Source: Macrostomum hystrix
Taxonomy: Eukaryota; Animalia; Platyhelminthes
NCBI GenBank assembly: GCA_950097015.1
Contig: CATNEN010000038.1
Span: 27,838,001 to 27,902,000, forward strand
Direction of reading: 5' to 3'
DNA: 64,000 nucleotides
The translations under genes were made by a program, and so were the position numbers. The notes under the pieces are model-generated. The model had not been told where the DNA came from, made no database searches, and was given only the letters and a program-made list of their open reading frames with translations. Positions 49,314 to 60,600 of the stretch are shown here, piece by piece; position 1 is the stretch's first letter; the number at the start of each line of letters is the position of its first letter.

Positions 49314-50245
49314 ACTTTAAGTATTACATCTGTTTTATCAATTGTCACTCAGTAATTAACATAAATTAATAGTAATTACAAGTTTTCGCTGTGATTGGAG
49401 TGCGAATGATGGTAAACATATAACTAAACACAATTCGACATTCGAATTCATTTTTTGCTTTTAATTTCGTTCAGTCTTGTCTTTACATCAAGTAATAACA
49501 ATTTACGAAGCGAGAGCGAAGTGAGTCGAAGCCATGCAATAAATTGAGTCTTCGCAGTAAGAGACCGTCTTTACGGCGAGGCCTCAAACGAGGCAGAGAG
49601 CGCAATGGGGGATGACTCACAAAGGCCCAGAGGGCCAGACGTTATATTTGAACTTAGACACTAGCGGCTGGAGAGAAGCGATCGATAGTAGGGATAGGGT
49701 TAAACCCCGCCTCAGATGTACATAGGCGGACGAAGGAAAGAGACGAAAGGGGGGGTGGGGTACAGCCGTGGAGAGTAGCAGGGGCAGGGGAAGGAGGGGG
49801 TGCAGCAATTTAGAAAAGAGAGACACACAATCAGAGCAAGTACAAACAAATCGCGTGACCAAAAGTCGCTTCGCTTCACTCCCCCCAAATGACAAAGACT
49901 TTGTCATTTCGAGTTCGAAGTTCGAACTAAGCATGAAACAATTGAACAAGGGCAACGGAACAAAAAACGACAATATCGAGAGACTGAAAGGGACACAAGT
50001 ACGAGAATTGACGAAAAAAACGTTTCCTCCACGAAGATTAAGCAATGACCTACGATTTTACGAGTAGATAGATTAGTTGGCCAAAAATTAAAAAAACTGA
50101 CAACGAAAAGCGAACTCCTCATAGAATTCTTCTAGTCTATGGACAAGCCTGGCTCTAAATATAATTATGCAATATTTTGTTATTTTTTGTCAAGGAAAGA
50201 TTTCAACTTTATAAGTTGAACTTTATTTTCGAGTCGAATTGCAAC

Positions 50246-50653
50246 ATGAGCGGTCCCTATGAAAAGCAGCCGCAGCCGCAGCCGCCGCAATATTATCCGC
50301 AGGAGGGGCCGATGATGCAGCAGCCGATGATGCAGCAGCCGCAGCAGATGCCGAACCAGCAGTATGAACAACCTGTACCTGTTGGCCATACAACGAATGT
50401 GGTTTTCTCCCAGGTGCCACTAGTGTTGGAAAAATATCCAGTCACAACAGTCTGTCAGCACTGCCGCAGCAACATCACCACGCTTGTCGAGAAGCATAAT
50501 GGCTTACTGCCTTGGATGATCGCTGGAGGTTTGGTTCTTATCGGCTGCATACTCGGCTGCTGTCTGATTCCCTTCTGCATCGACAGCCTGAAGGACACCA
50601 TACACATCTGTCCACAGTGTCGCAAGGTTGTTGGTTATTACAAAAAATTGTGA
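50246..50653 (+). CDS. LITAF: LITAF-domain protein, copy 3 (135 aa from the caacATG at 50246)
   Basis: PPQY motif; PVTTVCQHC...GCCLIPFCIDSLKDTIHICPQC. Confidence 0.93.
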   Translation: MSGPYEKQPQPQPPQYYPQEGPMMQQPMMQQPQQMPNQQYEQPVPVGHTTNVVFSQVPLVLEKYPVTTVCQHCRSNITTLVEKHNGLLPWMIAGGLVLIGCILGCCLIPFCIDSLKDTIHICPQCRKVVGYYKKL

Positions 50654-50789
50654 AAATACTAACCGGAACTACGACAACAAACGTTTTAATTTCCATAGCA
50701 AACTTAACCGACTATTTTTATAGTTTCTCATTCAACACCGAAAAAGGCAGCTTCAAAGTAGGTCACTGATCGAATGACATATCCCGAAT

Positions 50790-51330
50790 TTGCCACTGCC
50801 TCCGCTGTCACTGCACTGGCTCTCCTGTCACTCCACTGGCTCTCCTGTCACTCCACTGGCTCTCCTGTCACTCCACTGCCTCACCTGTCACTCAACTGCC
50901 TCACCTGTCACTCCACTGCCTCACCTGTCACTCCACTGCCTCACCTGTCACACCACCGCCTCACCTGTCACTCCACTGCCTCTCGTGTCACTCCACCGCC
51001 TCACCTGTCACTCCACTGCCTCCCCTGTCACTCCACTGGCTCTCCTGTCACTCCACTGCCTCACCTGTCACTCCACCGCCTCACCTGTCACTCCACTGCC
51101 TCCCCTGTCACTCCACTGACTCTCCTGTCCCTCCACTGCCTCACCTGTCACTCCACTGCCTCACCTGTCACTCCACTGCCTCACCTGTCACTCCACTGCC
51201 TCACCTGTCACTCCACTGCCTCACCTGTCACTCCACTGCCTCACCTGTCACTCCACTGCCTCACCTGTCACTCCACTGCCTCCCCTGTCACTCCACTGAC
51301 TCTCCTGTCACTCCACTGCCTCTCCTGCTT
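50790..51330. repeat. 20-bp satellite (tgtcactccactgcctcacc), array 2
   Basis: Same unit as 46805-48640. Confidence 0.95.
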
Positions 51331-52654
51331 TCACTTCACCCGTCTGACATAGTAACATAATGAGTAATACTTTTTTAAGTTTGATAGCTTGTCATGTTTG
51401 TCTTTACTGATCGGTGCGGGTGCATCTAAGCAGTATGTTTAAGTTTTGTGAAATAGAATATCGCAGGCACTCCACAGCCATAATGGCCAAAGTAGATTAA
51501 ACACATGTTTCAAGTTTGGTTCAAATTAGTTTTAAACTGACACACTTGCCTCGGTAGAAAGTTAAAATTAATAGCAAATGAAAAGATCACGCTGTTTTCC
51601 TCCTGAGGAAAGACGATGAGGTATTTCAAATACCACTGCCTACTTCACGATAGAGTTCAAAAGGAATGACCGATTTTCGTGAAAGTCCACTATTTGGATC
51701 AATAAGAAAATGAAAAAAGTGAACGACAGAAGGACAGAATTACCACACAAAGACTAACTAGTAATTAACGGTATAAAAAGGCTAAAAATACTAAATGGAC
51801 TCCAAAATACAGCTAGCCGATAGTAACCCCGTGACAATACTTATACAAGACCAGGGCTATCCCAATTCAGAACGAGATACTCGCTGTATGTTCCATAGTG
51901 GCATCCTCAGGGTGCTCGACCGTACTTCCACCAACTCCAACCACCCTCGACTGCAATCAACAACTCAACGGGTTGGCTCCCAGAACTGTCGCCAGTCAAG
52001 GGCTCCGGTCCCTTCTCCTTCGCACAACCTGCGTAAAGCTCCACTAAACCTCAGTCGCAGAGACCTCAGAGCGTTCAGTATGGCCCTTTCAAGGCACGGA
52101 CAGTTTCTCCCAGCCGCCGAGGCTGAGCAGAGACGACACGCGGGTCTCATCGCTTATCTATTCCGCTTCGTTCGCTACCCCAGTCTCTTAACGCTATTTA
52201 TTTTCAGATTTCCCCTGCTGCTATTAAAACGATTGGTAGGACCCCGGCGAATGGTGAATAGTCGCTAGCTTTAAATTCCTCACGCTCCACTAGGAAATTC
52301 AATTTATTACACTATTCTAGATGGCATCTGGTACACCAAACCGCCGATTTGAATTAACACACTGAACAAGATCTATTCGAGCGCGAATCTGTCTAATCTC
52401 TATACTCCGCACTGTGCCCGGGCCACCGTCGTCACGGAACTACGCGAGGCTGGCTAATGTTTGCTTAGTAAAGCTTAATGATAACGAAAGATCATTTAAA
52501 AGATGTCCCTTTTTACTACCATAGACGAGCGCATCGGTGGAGCGATACATTCGGCGAGGCAAGAAGAGAGACGCAATAATGGCAGGGATGAGTGGCCATC
52601 TTATTACTGCTTTGGATTGAACATTGCCGGCGTCAGGATCGACTATCAACAGTT

Positions 52655-53388
52655 GGTGGGGGAGCCTACGCGACCCCGAGCGCGCCTGACGCGCTTCCCT
52701 TGGCGCGCGCCGCCTTCACGTGGCGGAACCGTCCGGACTCACCCCCCGGCGTAGTGCAGCGCTCACCCTGGACATCGTCTGGGGATAGGACACCTCGGGT
52801 TTTTCCCAGCTAGACCAGACTCCCCGGCTCACCTGGCCCAGCTGCTCCGCGAGCCGGCGACAAGGAGACCAACTCTGGGCCACCAACGTCGTACCCATGC
52901 GGTGGATGCAGCACTAACGTTGGCGGACAACCTCGCAAAAGACGCCGCTAGACTCCCGCAAGACCAAGCGGAAATCGACTTAAACAGCGCCAAGTCCGCG
53001 ATCCGCAGCACACTGGCCGCCGAGGCTCGCGCAGCCTACGAAGCGGACCCGCACTGCCGGACGCACCGCGCTGCCTTCCGCGACCTCCGCAGATCCGAGT
53101 CGACTCTCAGCAGACGCGAGCTGATCACGCTGGCGCAACTTCGCACGGGCCACTCGCCTCTGCTGGCTCAGTACCGCCACCGCATTGACCAAGGACAGCC
53201 TGCGTCCTGCGGGCACTGCGGACACCAGGAGGAGGACCTGCAGCATGTGATGCAACCGCGTCCTCGGCCCTAACCCGACGCTGGCCATCCTCTCCGACGA
53301 CGGCCCCCGTGTCCTGTCCTATCTCCAGGTGATAGGGGCGCTGACCCGACCCCCGGACCCGGCCGGCAAGGAACATCTAACTAAATAT
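52655..53388 (+). mobile_element. Internally deleted non-LTR retrotransposon (Ingi/I-group-like)
   Basis: 12-bp TSD ctatcaacagtt (52643-52654, 53389-53400). Encodes an RNase H C-terminal-like ADNLAKDAA, LAQLRTGHS and a CGHC...EDLQH zinc-knuckle remnant; 5' part has a degenerate AGDKETNSGP motif. Confidence 0.8.
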
Positions 53389-53574
53389 CTATCAACAGTT
53401 CCACAGCAGCGATTCAGACTACAGCGGTGGTTACTGGCGCGGGAAGTGCAGCGTAAGACGTCACTTGTGGTTGCAAAATCATCGACGACCCTAAAAACAG
53501 CCCAATCGAAGCAAATGAAGATTCTCGCCAACGGAGAGACAAATATAGAAGAGTTTATATTCGAGTGAGACTAA

Positions 53575-54302
53575 GAGGAAGTGGAGTGACAGGTGAGGCA
53601 ATGGAGTGACAGGTGAGGCAGTGGGGTGACCGGTGAGGAAGTGGACTGACAGGAGAGGCAGTGGAGTAACAGGTGAGGCAGTGGAGTGACAGGTAAGGCA
53701 GTGGAGTGACAGGAGAGGCAGTGGAGTAACAGGTGAGGCAGTGGGGTGAAAGGTAAAGCAGTGAAGTGACAGGAGAAACAGTGAAGTGACAGGAGAGGCA
53801 GTGAAGTGACAGGTGAGGCAGTGGAGTGACAGGTGAGGCAGTGGAGTGACAGGTGAGGCAGTGGAGTGACAGGTAAGGCAGTGGAGTGACAGGAGAGACA
53901 GTGGAGTGACAGGTGAGATGGTGGAGTGACAGGTGAGGCAGTGGAGTGACAGAAGAGGCAGTGAAGTGACAGGAGACGCAGTGGAGTGACAGGAGACGCA
54001 GTGGAGTGACAGGAGAGGCTGTGGAGTGACAGGTGAGGCAGTGGAGTGACAGGAGAGGCTGCGGAGTGACATGTGAGGCAGTGGAGTGACAGGTGAGGCA
54101 GTGAAGTGACAGGAGAGACAGTGAAGTGACAGGTGAGGCAGTGGAGTGACAGGAGAGGCAGTGGAGTGACAGGTGAGGCAGTGGAGGGACAGGTGAGGCA
54201 GTGGAGTGACACGAGAGGCAGTGGAGTGACAGGTGAGGCAGTGGAGTGACACGAGAGGCAGTGGAGTGACAGGTGAGGCAGTGGAGTGACAGTGGAGGCA
54301 GA
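53575..54302. repeat. 20-bp satellite, array 3, inverted relative to arrays 1 and 2
   Basis: gtggagtgacaggtgaggca units. Confidence 0.95.
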
Positions 54303-54307
54303 GACAG

Positions 54308-57300
54308 TCCACTATACTAAAAATGAAATGCTTGCTTGGTTGTAATTGATTTTCTCCCGAACGGCTCAACCGATTTTCACCATTTCTTCACCAAAAGATG
54401 CTAAATATGGGGACAATTTTACACGTATTTTTATTAAGCTGAACTTCATTGCTAAGGGGATTAAATATTCGAAAAACATGATTTTTTAAAGGTCAAACCA
54501 TCTTGGCCTATTGAGAATTTCACTGACAGCCACTGAATTAGAATTGCATCGTCAAATTGCTCAACAACCCCTAGCTGATTGAATTTGAAGCCTGCACTCT
54601 GGAGACAAATTTGAAATAAATGTACACAACCAACTGCGAGACTGAGTGTACTCTATTTTCTTACTTCATTGTACAAAGCCAGAACTTTGAGAATTCATTT
54701 TATAAGGCTGATTTTTGCACCCACTAACCAACAGTCGGAATAGCCGATGTGTAGGCACTAGGAATAGGTTAGGCTAGGCTAGGGTTCGATTCTGCACTGG
54801 GTCAAATCATTTAGACTAATTTTCAGCCAGTAGTGATTGAAGATTATTTTATTTTATTTTTTTCATTTCGTAAATAAAATATCATAAATCATAGCAAATC
54901 TGAGTTTGAATCATGGCTAAACCAGAGTTTGAATCATGGCTAAACCAGCGTCTGAATCATGGCTAAACCAGAGTTTGAATCATGGCTAAACCAGAGTCTG
55001 AATCATGGCTAAACCAGAGTTTAAATCATGGCTAAACCAGAGTCTGAATCATGGCTTAACCAGAGTTTGAATCATGGCTAAACCAGAGTCTGAATCATGG
55101 CTAAACCAGCGTCTGAATCATGGCTAAACCAGAGTTTGAACCATGGCTAAACCAGAGTCTGAATCATGGCTAAACCAGAGTTTAAATCATGGCTAAACCA
55201 GAGTCTGAATCATGGCTAAACCAGAGTTTCAATCATGGCTAAACCAGCGTCTGAATCATGGCTAAACCAGCGTCTGAATCATGGCTAAACCAGAGTTTGA
55301 ATCATGGCTAAACCAGAGTCTGAATCATGGCTAAACCAGAGTCTGTATCATGGCTAAACCAGAGTCTGAATCATGGCTAAACCAGAGTTTGAATCATGGC
55401 TAAACCAGAGTTTGAAACATGGCTAAACCAGAGCTTGAATCATGGCAAAACCAGAGTCTGAATCATGGCTAAACCAGAGTCTGAATCATGGCAAAACGAG
55501 AGTTTGAATCATAGCCCACCAGGGTTTAAAACATGGCTAAACCAGAGTTTGAATCTTGGCTAAACCAGAGTTTGAATCATAGCCAACCAGAGTCTGAATC
55601 ATGGCAAAACGAGAGTTTGAATCATAGCCCACCAGGGTTTAAAACATGGCGAAACCTGAGTTTGAATCATGGCTAAACCAGAGTCTGAATCATGGCTTAA
55701 CCAGAGTTTGAATCATGGCTAAACCAGAGTCTGAATCATGGCTTAACCAGAGTTTGAATCATGGCTAAACCAGAGTCTGAATCATGGCTAAACCAGCGTC
55801 TGAATCATGGCTAAACCAGAGTTTAAATCATGGCTAAACCAGAGTCTGAATCATGGCTAAACCAGAGTTTCAATCATGGCTAAACCAGCGTCTGAATCAT
55901 GGCTAAACCAGCGTCTGAATCATGGCTAAACCAGAGTTTGAATCATGGCTAAACCAGAGTCTGAATCATGGCAAAACCAGCGTCTGAATCATGGCTAAAC
56001 CAGAGTCTGAATCATGGCTAAACCAGAGTCTGAATCATGGCTAAACCAGAGTTTGAATCATGGCTAAACTAGAGTTTGAAACATGGCTAAACCAGAGCTT
56101 GAATCATGGCAAAACCAGAGTCTGAATCATGGCTAAACCAGAGTTTAAATCATGGCTAAACCAGAGTTTAAATCATAGCCAACCAGAGTCTGAATCATGG
56201 CAAAACGAGAGTTTGAATCATAGCCCACCAGGGTTTAAAACATGGCTAAACCAGAGTTTGAATCTTGGCTAAACCACAGTTTGAATCATAGCCAACCAGA
56301 GTCTGAATCATGGCAAAACGAGAGTTTGAATCATAGCCCACCAGGGTTTAAAACATGGCGAAACCTGAGTTTGAATCTTGGCTAACCCAGTGTTTGAAAA
56401 ATCAACGTCAACTGGGGAGTCATCATCAAAATAGGGATCATGGTGAACTGGGGGATAATCGTCAACTGGGGGATCATGGTAAACTGGGGGATAATTGTCA
56501 ACTGGGGGATCATTGTCAACTGGGGGATCATTGTCAACTGGGGGATCATTGTCAACTGGGGGATCATTGTCAACTGGGGGATCATCGTCAACTGGGGGAT
56601 CATTGTCAACTGGGGTATCATTTTCAACTGGGGGATCATTGTCAACTAGGGGATCATTGTCCACTGGGGAATGATTGTCAACTGGGTAATCATGTCAACT
56701 GGGGGATCATTGTCAACTGGGGGATCATTGTCAACTGTAGGATCATTGTCAACTAGGGGATCATGGCCAACTGGGGATCATTGTGAACTGGGTGATCATT
56801 GTCAACTGGGGGATCATCTTCAACTGGGGGATCATTGTCAACTGGGAGATCATTGTAAACTGGGGGATCATCATCAACTGGGGGATCATTGTCAACTGTG
56901 GGATCATTGTCAACTAGGGGATCATGGCCAACTGCGGGATCATTGTGAACTGGGTGATCATTGTCAACTGGGGGATCATCTTCAACTGGGTGATCATTGT
57001 CAACTGGGGTATCATTGTAAACTGGGGGATCATTGTCCACTGGGGAATGATTGTCAACTGGGTAATCATTGTCAACTGGGTAATCATTGTCAACTGGGGG
57101 ATCATTGTCAACTGGGGGATCATTGTCAACTGGGGGATCATTGTCAACTGGGGGATCATTGTAAACTGGGGGATCATTGTCAACTGGGAGATCATTGTAA
57201 ACTGGGGAATCATCATCAACTGGGGGATCATTGTAGACTGGGGGATCATTGTCAACTGTGGGATCATTGTCAACTAGGGGATCATGGCCAACTGGGGATC

Positions 57301-57612
57301 ATTGTGAACTGGGGGATCATTGTCAACTGGGGGAACATTGTCAACTGGGGGATCATTGTCAACTGTGGTATCATTGTCAACTGGGGGAAAATTGTCAACT
57401 GGGGGATCATGGTCAACTGGGGGAAAATTGTCAACTGGGGGATCATTGTCAACTGGGGGATCATGGTCAACTGGGGGAAAATTGTCAACTGGGGGATCAT
57501 TGTCAACTGGGGGATCATTGTAGCTTAAAAAGCTGAGATACAGCAGCTAAAAAGTATATACAAGACGAATTAAAAATATTTCTGCTCCCCGAAGGGGGGC
57601 AAAACATGCTAG
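54308..57612 (+). mobile_element. Non-autonomous Helitron copy 1 carrying 23-bp and 18-bp satellite arrays
   Basis: 5' TCCACTATACTAAAAATGAAA; 3' hairpin gctccccgaaggggggc then CTAG; arrays at ~54900-56390 and ~56405-57522. Confidence 0.82.
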
Positions 57613-60600
57613 TCCACTATACTAAAAATGAAATGGTTGGTTGGTTGTAATTGATTTTCTCCCGAACGGCTCAACCGATTTTCACCATTTCTTCACCAAA
57701 AGATGCCAAATATGGGGACAATTATACACGTATTTTTATTAAGCTTAACTTTATTGCTAAAGGGATTAAATATTCGAAAAACAAGATTTTTCAAAGGTCA
57801 AACATCTTGGCCTATTGAGAATTTTACTCACTGCCACTGAATTAGAATTGCATCGTCAAATTGCGCAACAACCCCTAGCTGATTGAATTTGAAGCCTGCA
57901 CTCTGGAGACAAATTGGAAATAAATGTACACAACCAACCGCGAGACTGAGTGTACTCTATTTTCTTACTTCATTGTACAAAGCCAGAACTTTGAGAATTC
58001 ATTTTATAAGGCTGATTTTTGCACCCACTAACCAACAGTCGGAATAGCCGATGTGTAGGCACTAGGAATAAGGTTAGGCTAGGCTAGGGTTCGATTCTGC
58101 ACTGCGTCAAATCATTTAGACTAATTTTCAGCCAGTAGTGATTGAAGACTATTTTAATTTATTTTTTTCATTTCGTAAATAAAATATCATAAATCATAGC
58201 ACACCGGCTAAAACAGAGTTTGAATCATGGCTAAACCAGAGTCTGAATCATGGCTAAACCAGAGTCTGAATCATGGCTAAACCAGAGTCTGAATCATGGC
58301 TAAACCAGAGTCTGAATCATGGCTAAACCAGAGTCTGAATCATGGCTAAACCAGAGTCTGAATCATGGCTAAACCAGAGTCTGAATCATGGCTAAACCAG
58401 AGTCTGGATCATGGCTAAACCAGCGTCTGAATCATGGCTAAACCAGAGTCTGAATCAAGGCTAAACCAGAGTCTGAATCATGGCTAAACCAGAGTCTGAA
58501 TCATGGCTACACCAGAGTCTGAATCATGGCTACACCAGAGTCTGAATCATGGCTACACCAGAGTCTGAATCATGGCTAAACCAGAGTTTGAATCATAGCT
58601 AAACCAGAGTCTGAATCATGGCTAAACCAGAGTCTCAATCATTGCTACACCAGAGTCTGAATCATGGCTCATAGCTAAACCAGAGTCTGAATCATGGCTA
58701 AACCAGAGTCTGAATCATGGCTACACCAGAGTCTGAATCATGGCTAAACCAGAGTTTAAATCAAAGCTAAACAAGCGTCTGAATCATGGCAAAACCAGAG
58801 TTTGAATCATAGCTAAACCAGAGTCTGAATCATGGCTAAACCAGAGTCTGAATCATGGCTAAACCAGAGTCTGAATCATGGCTAAACCAGAGTCTGAATC
58901 ATGGCTAAACCAGAGTTTAAATCAAAGCTAAACAAGCGTCTGAATCATGGCAAAACCAGAGTTTGAATCATAGCTAAACCAGAGTCTGAATCATGGCTAA
59001 ACCAGAGTCTGAATCATGGCTAAACCAGAGTCTGAATCATGGCTACACCAGAGTCTGAATCATGGCTAAACCAGAGTTTAAATCAAAGCTAAACAAGCGT
59101 CTGAATCATGGCAAAACCAGAGTTTGAATCATAGCTAAACCAGAGTCTGAATCATGGCTAAACCAGAGTCTGAATCATGGCTAAACCAGAGTCTGAATCA
59201 TGGCTAAACCAGAGTCTGAATCATGGCTAAACCAGAGTCTGAATCATGGCTAAACCAGAGTCTGAATCATGGCTACACCAGAGTCTGAATCATGGCTAAA
59301 CCAAAGTCTGAATCATTGCTACACCAGAGTCTGAATCATGGCTCATAGCTAAACCAGAGTCTGAATCATGGCTAAACCAGAGTCTGAATCATGGCTACAC
59401 CAGAGTCTGAATCATGGCTAAACCAGAGTTTAAATCAAAGCTAAACAAGCGTCTGAATCATGGCAAAACCAGAGTTTCAATCATGGCTAAACCAGAGACT
59501 AAATCATGGCTACACCAGGGTTTGAATCATGGCAAAACCAGAGTTTGAATCATGGCTAAACAAGAGTTTGAATCATGGCTAAACCAGAGTTTGAATCATG
59601 GCTAAACAAGCGTCTGAATCATGGCTAAACCAGAGTCTGAATCATGGCTAAACCAGAGTCTGAATCATGGCTAAACCAGAGTCTGGATCATGGCTAAACC
59701 AGAGTCTGAATCATGGCTAAACCAGAGTCTGAATCATGGCTAAACCAGAGTCTGAATCATGGCTAAACCAGAGTCTGAATCATGGCTAAACCAGAGTCTG
59801 AATCATGGCTAAACCAGAGTCTGGATCATGGCTAAACCAGAGTCTGAATCATGGCTAAACCAGAGTCTGAATTATGGCTAAACCAGAGTCTGAATCATGG
59901 CTAAACCAGAGTCTGAATCATGGCTACACCAGAGTCTGAATCATGGCTACACCAGAGTCTGAATCATGGCTACACCAGAGTCTGAATCATGGCTACACCA
60001 GAGTCTGAATCATGGCTAAACCAGAGTTTGAATCATAGCTAAACCAGAGTCTGAATCATGACTAAACCAGAGTCTGAATCATTGCTACACCAGAGTCTGA
60101 ATCATGGCTCATAGCTAAACCAGAGTCTGAATCATGGCTAAACCAGAGTCTGAATCATGGCTACACCAGAGTCTGAATCATGGCTAAACCAGAGGTTAAA
60201 TCAAAGCTAAACAAGCGTCTGAATCATGGCAAAACCAGAGTTTGAATCATAGCTAAACCAGAGTCTGAATCATGGCTAAACCAGAGTCTGAATCATGGCT
60301 AAACCAGAGTCTGAATCATGGCTAAACCAGAGTCTGAATCATGGCTAAACCAGAGTCTGAATCATGGCTAAACCAGAGTCTGAATCATGGCTACACCAGA
60401 GTCTGAATCATGGCTAAACCAAAGTCTGAATCATTGCTACACCAGAGTCTGAATCATGGCTCATAGCTAAACCAGAGTCTGAATCATGGCTAAACCAGAG
60501 TCTGAATCATGGCTAAACCAGAGTCTGAATCATGGCTAAACCAGAGTTTAAATCAAAGCTAAACAAGCGTCTGAATCATGGCAAAACCAGAGTTTGAATC

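Noticed and set aside
49490-50075. Possible Helentron/DINE-like element between LITAF copies 2 and 3
   Set aside because: Only a cgaagcgagagcgaag motif; no definable termini or second copy in the window.
50177-50245. N-terminal extension of LITAF copy 3 in the ORF track
   Set aside because: Starts at TTG in AT-rich sequence; caacATG at 50246 matches the paralog starts.
51795-52268. 157-aa ORF
   Set aside because: No recognisable motif or splice support.
54735-54805. tRNA gene (GGTTCGATTCT box), also at ~58040-58105
   Set aside because: No cloverleaf; at most a SINE-head remnant inside the Helitron.
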